A stretch of DNA of 64,000 nt from the IMG/VR virus record IMGVR_UViG_3300045971_000385, positions 1-64,000 of that record. One strand, 5' to 3'. The notes below the pieces were generated by a model. The model was not told where the DNA came from, searched no databases, and saw nothing but the letters and a program-made list of their open reading frames with translations. This document shows positions 44,823 through 55,462 of this stretch, piece by piece. Position 1 is the first letter of the stretch, and each line of letters begins with the position of its first letter. This DNA is from a virus. Made by a program: the position numbers and the translations under genes.

Positions 44823-47633
44823 ATGAGCTATAAAATCGACTGGCAGAGTAATGATGCAGAAGGGATGCCCGGCAAAGCGGCAATAACCTTACCTAATAAG
44901 ACCCTTAATACAACATCTACATCTCTTACTTTAACAGGTAAAGGTATCAATAATTACGGTGAAATTCAGCAAGAAAATTTCTTGCATTTAATGGAACATT
45001 TTTCATCTGGAGTTCCACCTCAAAATCCTACTATAGGTCAAATTTGGTTTAACACAGCCGAAACAATTTTATACATGCGAGTGGATCCAGCAGTAGTTGG
45101 TCCTATGCATCCTCTTTATCATCCTCAGAGTCCAGCAGCATGGGTTCAAATTTGGCCAGACAGTGGTGCAAATACTTATGCTGGTCTTGCAGAATATAAT
45201 GCACTAGGAATAGAAATAAATCGTATTATTGGTTTACCATCTGTATTTGGATCTCAGCCTGATTCTGCATATGAGCAGTGGGGTTGGGGACAAAATGATT
45301 TAGTTCCAATTTATGACAATGTAAACACATTGGCTGCTGGTTTTAGTCCAGCTATTTTCCCACCTGTGTTTGATAATAATGCGTGGGTTATTCTTCTTTC
45401 TCGTTTACGAAAAGCATTGAGACATGTTGGTATAAGTGAAATGCAAGCGTCACCAATAGGTTTTATAAATGATAACCGTCCTTTTGGTCCATTAGGAAAT
45501 GCCTTAGCTAATGATTATAATGATTATCCTGCTGTTGGAACATTAGCTGATTATAAGGCTGGTTGGCAAAATTTCGGAACTGCTACAGTTCAATTACATT
45601 ATGCTAATACACTAAATTCAATATCATCGCTTATTGGTGGTAGGTTTACAGCTTCACCTCTGTCAACCGAAATGTTAACACTTGGAACAGTTTCTAGATC
45701 AGCTCCTTGGACCTCATCTGTATCTCAAAGTGTGTCAATGACATTCGCAACACATGATAATGCTAGATCATATTTTAATTCTGGTGGCACATTTGCTTTC
45801 AATTTTAATCTAGCATCACCTGGTGCAGATATGTTAAGCGCATCATGGGCAAATTTCTTATCAAATCAGAGTAATTTAATATTTGATTTTAAAGGCGTTA
45901 GACATGGAACCACATATCATAATGGTCCAGCTGGAGTTCCAAGTCTAGGATTCTATGATTTGACAACTACGCCTCAATTGATATATGAAGTAAAGAGAAA
46001 TTATGGTGGCGCTTATTATTCAATATACGATGGTGGCCTACAAATATTCTCACATAAAATTTACAATGGTGATGGCACATGCACAATTAATTTCAATATT
46101 GTTTTTGCTGAGGCTCCATATCCGGGCGAATCAGTAACAGGCACATTGACATCTTCTCAAATAGCATTTAAAGCGAATTCTTTAAATGTTAATTCTCCAT
46201 TAATTTCTTATCCAAGTTGGACAGGTTCTTCAATAGATAATGTAGTACCGGCCCCAGCGCCTGGTCCAGCAGAAGGAACAGGTAGTGGTTCTGGTGGCTC
46301 AGGAGGTGGTGGTTCTGGTGGCTTTAGTATTACATCCTCAACAACTAATGTGAATGAGGGCGGTTCTGTAACATTCAATTTCATTACTAGTGGAATTGCT
46401 AATGGACAACCGGTATATTGGACTATAACTGGTTCTAATAATTCAAGCGATTTTGTAGGTGGAGTTTCATCTGGTAATGTAATTGTTAATTCTAATGCTG
46501 CATCACTAGTACTAACTTTAGCCAACGATTTAACAACAGAAGGAACGGAATCCTTTGCATTACAACTTAGAACCGGTGGACTTGCTGGAACAATAATGGC
46601 TATTAGTAATACCATTTATGTTGTAGATACTTCCATAACTCCAGCGCCAGTACCAACAGTTACGGGTGTAGAAATTCGTAAATTGAGTAATTCTGGTTCA
46701 CCTGCTAATTTCTCAATAAATGAAAATTCATCAGTTAATTTATATGCGATGGTTCTATATTCAGATTCTAGTTCAGCTCCATACAGTAATGTTATAGGAT
46801 CAAATATTACTTGGTCAGAAACTAATCCTTATGTCACATTAACAGGAGCATCTGGAAACCAAATAACATTGAACACCTTGTCAGTACCTGCTGATCAAGC
46901 TGCGCAATCTGTTACTGTATCTATAACAACGTCGGCAGGTGTATTCACTGATACAGTAAATGTTGCAGTTTTAGATGTTCCAGTGACATATGCTGGTTTA
47001 CAGATAAGACGTAATTCAAATGCTGGGCCTGATATGAATGGATCAACATTGATAGAAGGGACAAATGTTATAGTTTATGTTGTTAAATTATGGTCAGACG
47101 GTACTTCGACTGCATATCCAAATAGCAATCTAACATGGGCGGCGATACCAGTCGACAGCAATGGAACGATGTTAACATTGTCTAGTCAATCTGGAAATAC
47201 TATCTTTGTTACAGCACCACAAGTATCAAGCAATGGTAATTATGGTGGACTATCGGTAACTGGTGGAAATCCTGGTGAATCTACTGCTGCAAATATCTAT
47301 GTTTTAGACTCAGCAACTCCTGACAGAGCGCCTACTGTATCTAATGCTAGAATAAAGCTTCAAGGTCAACCAGCTGGAAATTCTAATATATTTGTAACGC
47401 ATCCATCTACATTAGCTGCTGATTATACATTTGATCAAGGTCAGCCTGCAAATTATGCTACGTACGTATGGTATAGAAGTGGAGTACCTATTAGCGGATT
47501 AGATCAATATAGTGGTGCATATGCGACTCAGTCTGCAGATATAGGAAATTCTATAACTTACACTGTAACATTATCTAATTATCTAGGTACAGTATCTTCA
47601 ACGTCTTCAAATAGTGCTGTTGTATCCGCATAA
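44823..47633 (+). CDS. virion structural (tail/baseplate-associated) protein with Calx-beta/Ig-like C-terminal domains
   Basis: TSLTLTGK..NYGE..QENFLHLMEHF...NPTIGQIWF N-terminus; Gly/Ser linker; VNEG...DLTTEGTESF. Confidence 0.75.
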   Translation: MSYKIDWQSNDAEGMPGKAAITLPNKTLNTTSTSLTLTGKGINNYGEIQQENFLHLMEHFSSGVPPQNPTIGQIWFNTAETILYMRVDPAVVGPMHPLYHPQSPAAWVQIWPDSGANTYAGLAEYNALGIEINRIIGLPSVFGSQPDSAYEQWGWGQNDLVPIYDNVNTLAAGFSPAIFPPVFDNNAWVILLSRLRKALRHVGISEMQASPIGFINDNRPFGPLGNALANDYNDYPAVGTLADYKAGWQNFGTATVQLHYANTLNSISSLIGGRFTASPLSTEMLTLGTVSRSAPWTSSVSQSVSMTFATHDNARSYFNSGGTFAFNFNLASPGADMLSASWANFLSNQSNLIFDFKGVRHGTTYHNGPAGVPSLGFYDLTTTPQLIYEVKRNYGGAYYSIYDGGLQIFSHKIYNGDGTCTINFNIVFAEAPYPGESVTGTLTSSQIAFKANSLNVNSPLISYPSWTGSSIDNVVPAPAPGPAEGTGSGSGGSGGGGSGGFSITSSTTNVNEGGSVTFNFITSGIANGQPVYWTITGSNNSSDFVGGVSSGNVIVNSNAASLVLTLANDLTTEGTESFALQLRTGGLAGTIMAISNTIYVVDTSITPAPVPTVTGVEIRKLSNSGSPANFSINENSSVNLYAMVLYSDSSSAPYSNVIGSNITWSETNPYVTLTGASGNQITLNTLSVPADQAAQSVTVSITTSAGVFTDTVNVAVLDVPVTYAGLQIRRNSNAGPDMNGSTLIEGTNVIVYVVKLWSDGTSTAYPNSNLTWAAIPVDSNGTMLTLSSQSGNTIFVTAPQVSSNGNYGGLSVTGGNPGESTAANIYVLDSATPDRAPTVSNARIKLQGQPAGNSNIFVTHPSTLAADYTFDQGQPANYATYVWYRSGVPISGLDQYSGAYATQSADIGNSITYTVTLSNYLGTVSSTSSNSAVVSA

Positions 47634-47659
47634 TTATCTGATCGTGCAATTGAGGTAAA

Positions 47660-47689
47660 TAAAAGAAACGCTTAAACGCGTTTCTTTTA
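47660..47689 (+). terminator. terminator-like hairpin
   Basis: TAAAAGAAACGC-TTAAAC-GCGTTTCTTTTA. Confidence 0.7.
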
Positions 47690-47713
47690 CCATCTTCATA
47701 AGGAATAACATAA

Positions 47714-48097
47714 ATGTCAAAAACTAATCCTGACCTTCAGGCAGCAATTGATACGCGTCTAGAAGAAGCTATGAAAACCCAGACATACAGGTTAACTTTA
47801 GCTACACAAAAAGAAAATGCTAGATTGAAATTATCAAATGATTTAACATTTGCTGTAAATGGTGGATCTTTTATTGTATCAATGGAACTTATTTCTTTTA
47901 TCTCAATCTTAATAATGGCTGGGAAAAATGAAACTATTCTACTTGACATGCATCAAAACCCAATTCAAATTGACGATCTAAATGAGTTTGTTGAATCAAT
48001 TATGAATGTGTATTTTGAGAGCACCAATACATTCTTTCTAGAATTTAATAAGCTACAAAAATTAAGAACTCCCAAGGCAATATTAGGAGTAAAATAA
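47714..48097 (+). CDS. hypothetical protein
   Basis: AAGGA RBS; first gene of GT-like operon. Confidence 0.75.
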   Translation: MSKTNPDLQAAIDTRLEEAMKTQTYRLTLATQKENARLKLSNDLTFAVNGGSFIVSMELISFISILIMAGKNETILLDMHQNPIQIDDLNEFVESIMNVYFESTNTFFLEFNKLQKLRTPKAILGVK

Positions 48098-48984
48098 TGT
48101 CAAGAGGCATTGTAATTTTTGGCGTTAATAATGAGCGAGTTGATTATGTTCAACTTGCTATTATGGCCGCATCATTTGTTAAAAAGAATATGCCCGGAAC
48201 TGATGTGTGTTTAATATCAGATGAAAATTCGGTTGTTGTATCAGGTGGAAGAGATGAACTATTAAAAACATTTAGTCACATTCAAATAATTCCAGAGAAT
48301 ACAGTAGAGCAATTTGAAAACAAACGAGCATACAAAGACACTCAATACTACCACGTACTAGATCGATTCAGAAATGAAACTAGATCATTAGTATACAACC
48401 TATCTCCCTTTGAAGAAACATTATTAATTGATAGTGATTTTCTTATTATGAATAACAATCTTAGTAAGGTGTGGGGTAGTGTAGAAGAGGTTATGATCAA
48501 TCATCAAGCTATAGGATTAGCACATAATCAATTACATGGACAAGAGTTTAGATTGAATCCATTTGGTATAAAAATGTACTGGGCTACCTTAATTTATTTT
48601 CGTAAGGGTGAAAAAGCTCAGACTCTTTTTAACTTGGTAGATCATATTAAAGATAATTGGGATTTTTATAAGCTAACATATGATTTTCCGAATTTACTAT
48701 TTAGGAATGATTATGCATTTTCAATTGCCATTCATATCTTAAATGGATTTTTAGAGAATAGCAATTATGTTGTATCTCTTCCAGAACCAACTATTCTAAG
48801 CGCGTTAGATATAGATCAATTTTTTGACATTCAATCGCCAACTGAAATATGTTTATTTGCTAATGATATGAAAGAATCTTGGAAGTTCTCAGCAATTAAA
48901 ACTAAAGGTTTAAATGTTCATTGTATGAATAAGCTTTCTTTGATTAATCATATGGACAAAATAATGGGAATACTAAATGAGTAA
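48097..48984 (+). CDS. GT-A-fold glycosyltransferase-like protein
   Basis: RGIVIF...YVQLA, LSPFEETLLIDSD (DxD), RNDYAF. Confidence 0.65.
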   Translation: MSRGIVIFGVNNERVDYVQLAIMAASFVKKNMPGTDVCLISDENSVVVSGGRDELLKTFSHIQIIPENTVEQFENKRAYKDTQYYHVLDRFRNETRSLVYNLSPFEETLLIDSDFLIMNNNLSKVWGSVEEVMINHQAIGLAHNQLHGQEFRLNPFGIKMYWATLIYFRKGEKAQTLFNLVDHIKDNWDFYKLTYDFPNLLFRNDYAFSIAIHILNGFLENSNYVVSLPEPTILSALDIDQFFDIQSPTEICLFANDMKESWKFSAIKTKGLNVHCMNKLSLINHMDKIMGILNE

Positions 48985-49837
48985 AGGTTATTTTACTATA
49001 GCTCAGGGACAGACATATCAGCGCCTTGCATATGCTTTAGCTTTATCACTAAAAATATCTCAGCCTACTGGATATAATTCACTTGCTATTGGTGTAACGC
49101 CTAAAGAATTGCCATTTGTTAATCCTAAGTATCTAGAAGTCTTTGATGCAGTAGTTCCAATTCCATGGAAAGATAGTGCTATTAATAGCTCATGGAAATT
49201 AGAGAATGAATGGAAAGCCATTCACATGACTCCTTATGACGAGACAATTAAATTAGATGCTGACATGTTATTCCCAGCAGATGTTAGTCATTGGTGGAAA
49301 TACTTGGAACTTAGTGATGGCGTATTTGCTACACAAGCTCATACATATAGAGGTCATATAGCTGAGTCTGATTATTACAGAAAAACATTCACTGAAAACA
49401 ATTTGCCAAATGTATATTCGGCTATGTTTTATTTTAAAAAGAATGATGTCAATTTTGAATTTTTCGAAATAGCAGAACATATTTTTAATAACTGGGAAAG
49501 ATATTTTTATGATTTCTTGGCTACAGAAAATAGACCTAAGATAGTATCTACCGATGTAGTGTTCGCTATCGCAGCAAAAATTATGGACTATCAACAATAT
49601 AATAAAACGCCACAGCTTCACTGTCCATCTTTTGTTCATATGAAGACTAGATTGCAGGATTGGCCTGACGATCAATTTATGTCTGAGGATTGGACTAAAA
49701 TGATTCCTCATTATTTCGATAAGAGAGGTAATTTAAAAGTTGGAAATTATGCTCAGATATTACCATTTCATTATCACGTAAAAGATTTTATAACGGATAA
49801 AATTATAGAAAATATGGAAAAGAGGTTAGGCATATGA
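48977..49837 (+). CDS. GT-A-fold glycosyltransferase-like protein (paralog of previous)
   Basis: KGYFTIA...YQRLAYALALS, TPYDETIKLDAD (DxD), STDVVF, FVHMK, FHYH. Confidence 0.65.
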   Translation: MSKGYFTIAQGQTYQRLAYALALSLKISQPTGYNSLAIGVTPKELPFVNPKYLEVFDAVVPIPWKDSAINSSWKLENEWKAIHMTPYDETIKLDADMLFPADVSHWWKYLELSDGVFATQAHTYRGHIAESDYYRKTFTENNLPNVYSAMFYFKKNDVNFEFFEIAEHIFNNWERYFYDFLATENRPKIVSTDVVFAIAAKIMDYQQYNKTPQLHCPSFVHMKTRLQDWPDDQFMSEDWTKMIPHYFDKRGNLKVGNYAQILPFHYHVKDFITDKIIENMEKRLGI

Positions 49838-50487
49838 ACATAATGGATTTTATTAATCAGCTAGTAACTGGGTCGGCTCAGTCTGAGCCGCCTGTAGTAG
49901 TTAAGTCTACTAATAAATTTTATGCGCATATTGATACTCAACAGATTTCTATATGCGCAATCTCTCCATCAGAATCCGATGATAGACATATTAGAAATGT
50001 AGAAATTGATAGTGAAACTGCAATTAAATTTTTATCTGGTGAGGAAGCTTTATCTGGCTGGGAAGTTTTAATTGCTGGTGAGGAATATAAAATTAGTAAA
50101 AATGTTAAAACTGGTAGAGCGGTTTATAATAGAGTTGAAATTCAACCTATTACTGAAGTTACTTGGCTAGAAGAATCTAAAAAGAAATTAACATCCGAGG
50201 ACATCCTTATCAGCATAAGTCATAAGAATAAAACTGCTAGCATTCATTATGATGGTAGTAAAATCTCTAATTGGGCAAGACCTGCTAAATTATATTTTAC
50301 TGGAGAAGGGGATCCATCATACCTGAAATGTGCATTTACCTTAGATATAAATATCATCAATGACATTATGGTAGCTAATAAATTATCTAGATGGCCGAAT
50401 CCAATTATATTGCCGCTATCGGATACTACTGATATATCTGTCTACACAATTAAATCCAATCTTATTATAAATTTAAATCACATATGA
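49834..50487 (+). CDS. hypothetical protein
   Basis: ATGA-coupled. Confidence 0.7.
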   Translation: MNIMDFINQLVTGSAQSEPPVVVKSTNKFYAHIDTQQISICAISPSESDDRHIRNVEIDSETAIKFLSGEEALSGWEVLIAGEEYKISKNVKTGRAVYNRVEIQPITEVTWLEESKKKLTSEDILISISHKNKTASIHYDGSKISNWARPAKLYFTGEGDPSYLKCAFTLDINIINDIMVANKLSRWPNPIILPLSDTTDISVYTIKSNLIINLNHI

Positions 50488-51452
50488 AACATTCTATAAA
50501 TGAATTTGACATTTTCTATCTGTCATACGATGAACCGCAAAAAGAAGAATTTTGGGCTAAACTTGTTGATATTTTTCCATGGGCACAGCGTATTGACGGA
50601 GTAAAAGGTTTTGATGCTGCCCATAAAGCCTGCGCCGATGCATCAACAACAGATAGATTTATCACTGTTGACGGAGATAATTTGGTATATCCGAACTTCT
50701 TAGATATTGAAATTGATATCCCAGATAAATTAGCTGATGCTTCTTTAAGTTGGGGTGCTAAGAATATTGTTAATGGATTATGTTATGGTAATGGTGGATT
50801 AAAACTCTGGACTAAAGAGTTTGTTCTTAAAATGAGAACGCATGAAGCTGCAACTAAGGATGAAGAGAAGGTTGATTTCTGTTGGGATGATAAATATGTT
50901 CAACTCAATAATACATATTCAGATACTTATATCAATGGTTCTCCATTCCAAGCCTTTAGAGCTGGATTTAGAGAAGGTGTTAAGATGACTTTAGATCGCG
51001 GTGTTAAAGCAGGAGAAGGAACAATATCTAAACACATGCATTCTAAAAATTATAATCGTCTGCTAATTTGGGCATCAATAGGCCAAGATGTAGAGAATGG
51101 AATTTGGGCAATCTATGGAACACGATTAGGAATATATCAAGCTAACATCAATAAAGATTTTGACATCGCACAAATATCAGACTATGATTGGTTTAAAAAA
51201 TACTATCACGAAGAGATTGCTACTAAGTTCGTAAAAGATGGTGAGAAAAGATGTTGGAGAACTGGACAAGTTTGGAATGAGCACACATTAAAAGCTGCTT
51301 CTACTGCTCTACTTGAACCACTTAAGAAACAATTAGGAATGAATCTTGCGGATTTGGATGCAACTCAATCGCTATTCTTTAAAACCGTATATGAATCTCC
51401 GCGAAGAAATAACAATCCAGTAATGACGGAATCTGAAGCTGACAGACTTTAA
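50484..51452 (+). CDS. GT2-like glycosyltransferase
   Basis: FYLSYDEP, GVKG..AAH, ITVDGD, YGNGGLKL, AFRAGFREGVK; paralog of the N-domain of 62924-64000. Confidence 0.65.
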   Translation: MKHSINEFDIFYLSYDEPQKEEFWAKLVDIFPWAQRIDGVKGFDAAHKACADASTTDRFITVDGDNLVYPNFLDIEIDIPDKLADASLSWGAKNIVNGLCYGNGGLKLWTKEFVLKMRTHEAATKDEEKVDFCWDDKYVQLNNTYSDTYINGSPFQAFRAGFREGVKMTLDRGVKAGEGTISKHMHSKNYNRLLIWASIGQDVENGIWAIYGTRLGIYQANINKDFDIAQISDYDWFKKYYHEEIATKFVKDGEKRCWRTGQVWNEHTLKAASTALLEPLKKQLGMNLADLDATQSLFFKTVYESPRRNNNPVMTESEADRL

Positions 51453-51472
51453 TAACATTTAAATAACTAAAT

Positions 51473-51550
51473 TGTAACAGTTTTATATCAAAATGATAAC
51501 AAAACTGTTACACTCTTTTTGTTTACATCCTGACGGTTTCATGATATAAT
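51473..51550 (+). promoter_or_regulatory. early promoter preceded by 12-bp inverted repeat
   Basis: TGTAACAGTTTT(51473-84)...AAAACTGTTACA(51501-12); TTTACA(51522-27)-17 bp-TATAAT(51545-50). Confidence 0.85.
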
Positions 51551-51612
51551 GTATCTACAAACTGATTAACTTAGTTGGTTTGACTAAACTATTTAATTAT
51601 TAAAGGATTGAA

Positions 51613-53022
51613 ATGAAAAGCTATAAACTTAGTCTTGTTGCATTAAGCGTCGCTTCTGCAATCTTAGTAACTGGTTGTGGAGGTGGAGGTGGAGGTGGAA
51701 CTTCTGGCCCAGTAACTCCCCCAGTAGTCGTTACTCCCGCGCCGATAGTCACACTTTCTTTTGCATCACCAAAAGCTAACGTGGGAACCCCAGATGTTCT
51801 GACTTGGACATCATCAAATGCTACATCTTGTACGGGATCAGATGGTTTGTCTGGATCATTGCTCACAGGAAATTCTACAACAATCACGCCAACAGTTGGT
51901 GGTGTTGCAAAATACACAGTATCTTGCACTGGTGCTGGAGGTAGCACTTCGAAAACCGTGGAACTTGTTACGCCAATCCCAGTTCAGAAAACTTCGTATT
52001 TGAATTTTAAGACAGTTAATCTCCCTGCGCAGACTGCCCCAATTAGTTCTACTTTTGTTGCTAATGAAGCTGTTACTTCTGGAATCGCTTATGGCGACTT
52101 CTTCCAAGATGGAACAATTTCAATGGTCGCTGCAACAAATGTGTTTAATGGGTCTGGAACATTCGGTTCAACTGATGCAGGTAGAATTTATTTCTTTCAT
52201 ACAGATGGCAAAGGTGGTTGGATAGACCAAACTGACAAAATTTTAAGTGCCAGTGATCGCACTGGATGTTTAAGTCCTCGTAAAGTTGTAGTGGCTGATT
52301 TTAATGGTGATGGAAAACCCGATTCATTTATTGTATGTCACGGTATTGATGGTGATATTAAACCTGGATTTTCTCAAGGTGAGCATCCACGATATATCTT
52401 AAGTCAATCAGATGGTACATACAAGAATATTGATGCTGGATTTAATTGTTATTGTCACGGTGCTGCGGCAGCAGATTTTAATGGTGATGGATTCGCTGAT
52501 ATTGTAGTTGCTAGTCCACCGGTTTTAGGTCGTGTTGTTTATCTAAAAAATAATAAAGATGGAACTTTCACGGATTCTCCTTCACTAATACCAGCAAGCA
52601 CATTTAATAAAAGTATTTGGTCAATGGAATTTGTTGATGTGAACAGCGATGGCAAATTTGATTTGGCTATGTATGGATCTGAACACGGTAATGGTACGCC
52701 AGGTGGAATTACCTGGGATTGGCAGCCAACATTCTTTATTAATAGTGGAACAAATATCTTTTCAGATACTATGCAGCAAGTAAAAGCTCCATTTAGTTTA
52801 AATGGTGATGCTTTAGATATTATTGTAGGTAATGGAAAAATTGCTTTCACTAGAGCTGATAATAATCCTACTAAGAAATACCAAGTTCAAATTTTATCTT
52901 ATCCTTCAATGACGCAGCTGAGTGTTACAGATATCGGAGCACTTGATTCCCCTTGGTTCAATCTTTATAACGGGAATATTGTTGGAATGTGGACATACAA
53001 TAATTATTCGATATCTTTCTAA
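51613..53022 (+). CDS. lipoprotein with FG-GAP/VCBS repeats
   Basis: signal peptide with lipobox LVTG-C, Gly run; repeated DFNGDGxxD and DVNSDGKFD. Confidence 0.85.
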   Translation: MKSYKLSLVALSVASAILVTGCGGGGGGGTSGPVTPPVVVTPAPIVTLSFASPKANVGTPDVLTWTSSNATSCTGSDGLSGSLLTGNSTTITPTVGGVAKYTVSCTGAGGSTSKTVELVTPIPVQKTSYLNFKTVNLPAQTAPISSTFVANEAVTSGIAYGDFFQDGTISMVAATNVFNGSGTFGSTDAGRIYFFHTDGKGGWIDQTDKILSASDRTGCLSPRKVVVADFNGDGKPDSFIVCHGIDGDIKPGFSQGEHPRYILSQSDGTYKNIDAGFNCYCHGAAAADFNGDGFADIVVASPPVLGRVVYLKNNKDGTFTDSPSLIPASTFNKSIWSMEFVDVNSDGKFDLAMYGSEHGNGTPGGITWDWQPTFFINSGTNIFSDTMQQVKAPFSLNGDALDIIVGNGKIAFTRADNNPTKKYQVQILSYPSMTQLSVTDIGALDSPWFNLYNGNIVGMWTYNNYSISF

Positions 53023-53033
53023 GATATTATTTT

Positions 53034-53063
53034 AAAATAAAGGACCTTCGGGTCCTTTATTTT
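53034..53063. terminator. bidirectional terminator with C(UUCG)G loop
   Basis: AAAATAAAGGACC-TTCG-GGTCCTTTATTTT between convergent genes. Confidence 0.9.
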
Positions 53064-55462
53064 TGGTCCGGTAATTGAGGTCTTAAATATCCTTCATATG
53101 AATGACAGTGTTTGTTTCTCCACCAAGAAGCAGTATCACAATAAATTGCTTTATACAACTTCCAATCATATTTGTCACTGGGTAATAAATTAAAAGTATC
53201 TCTAACGAATACGGTATCTATCACACGATCTAATTCTGAAGAACACATATCATCATCTGTTCCAAATAATTCTTCATTTATATTTTGCCTAAATGCGTTA
53301 TATAAAACCACGTGACCATCAGCATTATGATTATTAAGTGCGTGCATTTTCAACAACTCTAATGTTACGTCATTAAAAATAGTTTTAAATTTTGAAATAT
53401 GCGATTTATTAATGAAAAACATATGGTCTCCCATTCCATATATTTCAGAATGTCTGAACTGATTAGTTTTAAATGGCATTTCGGATATTAAACATTTTTT
53501 AATATCTTCCTTACTTGTGCACCAATAAAATCCATCAGGTCTAACTATCACATACTTATTATAATCATTTGGCACATTATAGAAAATTTGCTGCCATAAA
53601 TAAACCATCCTACAGAAATTATTGATAGCTGATCCATCAGCATACACATTTCCAAATTCTGAATCCTTAATTACAAATGATTGCTTTATTCCAGCTTTCT
53701 TAATATAGTCATCCATTTTTTCTTGTCCCGCAGACTCCCAAGTTACTAAATAACGATCTGCTTCCCCCCAAATGGGTAATGACAATAAAGCAGCATCGTA
53801 ATTTCTTAACATTCCAGAAATAACAACAGCAACTTTTTCGCTGTTAATACTCGTGTTCTTGACACCAACTTGTATATTCCATTTATCATTCATCGGCTCG
53901 CCATTATGATGAACAATAGCATTTATTCTTTTTGCTTCTTCCCAATACCAAGAATGCTTAGCACACAATTCAATAGAATTTTCTTCGCCACTTTCGAATC
54001 TATGAATATCAAAACTATTTAAACAATTTGGTGTAGGTAAAATATCTTTCACTATTGAATTAGTATATTCAAATAACCATTTATGAATATCGCCCTCAAC
54101 AATTTTGCTTTTCCAATTGTTAAACATATCTTCAGTTATTAATTTTTCAATATTTTCTTGAGAAGATAAAAATAAAAAATCGCCCAATGATTGATTATTA
54201 ATATCAGACCAAGCTGTCAATAATGAAGAATTTGAAAAATTATTAAGATCGGTTTTAAATCCTGAAAATGTATCGACGTCATTAACGAAAATATCCGGTC
54301 TAACTATCATTATCCAATCATAATGTTTCTTGGATTCCTTTATTAATTTAATACCATTAATCCACCGATTAATCATTTCTAAACCATAAGCTTTTGCCTC
54401 ACCTAATTTTTCATCCTTTAAGTTACCTAAACTGATATTCACTGGTATTACAGGTAAAAGATCTTCCTTTATTTTGTCTAAATTAATATTTTGAAATACA
54501 TCTACATTTAATCGTTTATTTAATACGTGAGATGTATCCCAAGTACTAAAGTAAACGTCAACATCTGGATCATCTAAAAACTTCATAGTTTTTCTGCAAG
54601 TTTTAAATGTCCTATATTCGCCAGAAATTAAAATTGCTACTCTAAATGTGTTTTCATATCTTTTAAAGAATCCTGAATCTCTGAGACTAAGAGCATCATT
54701 TACTATTTTTTCACCCCAAGCCGCAATTGGCCCATTAGTATCATTAAACTTTTCAACCCAATTTACTATTCCACAATCTCGCCATACGTCTTCAAGCTGC
54801 CTAACAGTCGCCCACGAATCACCATCTTTTGCCATCGATCTGCAGAAGGATACTTTCTCCCATTCACAAAGTTGATTTAATTCAAAAAAAATTCCATTAA
54901 TAAATGTCGTCCACCATTTATGCCAATCTAATTCGTCTTCTTGATTTACCCACAGATCCACCGTTAAGGTTTCAGAAAGCTGCTTCATCTTGCCAAATGG
55001 CATTGCAAACATATTATCTTGTAGAAATGGTGTGCTCCCAGAATGCCAAGCCACCCGCATTTCATTTTCTTTTATATCTAATAATGAATTCAAATTGAAA
55101 TTATTCTCTATATTGAAGTACAGGTCTGGCCTCATCACTAGAACATAGTCGTATTCAATGCCAGAATTTTTGATCATCGCAAATCCCGACAGCCATCTAT
55201 GAATCATTTTGTCGTTGTATCGACGAGATACAAAGCATTCTTCCGGCTCAATCAGAATAGTTGCAGGAATCTTTAGATCATTCCGAACTCCGTCTTCTGT
55301 GATTGTGTCATTTATATCTAAATTTAATCGCTCATTCTTTACTATAGACTTGTCCCACGTGCTGACATATACGTCGACTCGTTCGTCATTAAGAAATGGC
55401 ATTGTCTTTCGACAGATTGGGAAAGTACGATACTCTCCGGAGATTAGGATTGCTATTTTCAT
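53057..55462 (-). CDS. protein of three tandem glycosyltransferase-like domains
   Basis: three copies of (K/R)(I/V)A(I/V)(L/V)ISGxxR...TW(D/E)...M..(R/L)W...Y......RPD. Confidence 0.65.
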   Translation of the reverse strand: MKIAILISGEYRTFPICRKTMPFLNDERVDVYVSTWDKSIVKNERLNLDINDTITEDGVRNDLKIPATILIEPEECFVSRRYNDKMIHRWLSGFAMIKNSGIEYDYVLVMRPDLYFNIENNFNLNSLLDIKENEMRVAWHSGSTPFLQDNMFAMPFGKMKQLSETLTVDLWVNQEDELDWHKWWTTFINGIFFELNQLCEWEKVSFCRSMAKDGDSWATVRQLEDVWRDCGIVNWVEKFNDTNGPIAAWGEKIVNDALSLRDSGFFKRYENTFRVAILISGEYRTFKTCRKTMKFLDDPDVDVYFSTWDTSHVLNKRLNVDVFQNINLDKIKEDLLPVIPVNISLGNLKDEKLGEAKAYGLEMINRWINGIKLIKESKKHYDWIMIVRPDIFVNDVDTFSGFKTDLNNFSNSSLLTAWSDINNQSLGDFLFLSSQENIEKLITEDMFNNWKSKIVEGDIHKWLFEYTNSIVKDILPTPNCLNSFDIHRFESGEENSIELCAKHSWYWEEAKRINAIVHHNGEPMNDKWNIQVGVKNTSINSEKVAVVISGMLRNYDAALLSLPIWGEADRYLVTWESAGQEKMDDYIKKAGIKQSFVIKDSEFGNVYADGSAINNFCRMVYLWQQIFYNVPNDYNKYVIVRPDGFYWCTSKEDIKKCLISEMPFKTNQFRHSEIYGMGDHMFFINKSHISKFKTIFNDVTLELLKMHALNNHNADGHVVLYNAFRQNINEELFGTDDDMCSSELDRVIDTVFVRDTFNLLPSDKYDWKLYKAIYCDTASWWRNKHCHSYEGYLRPQLPDQK

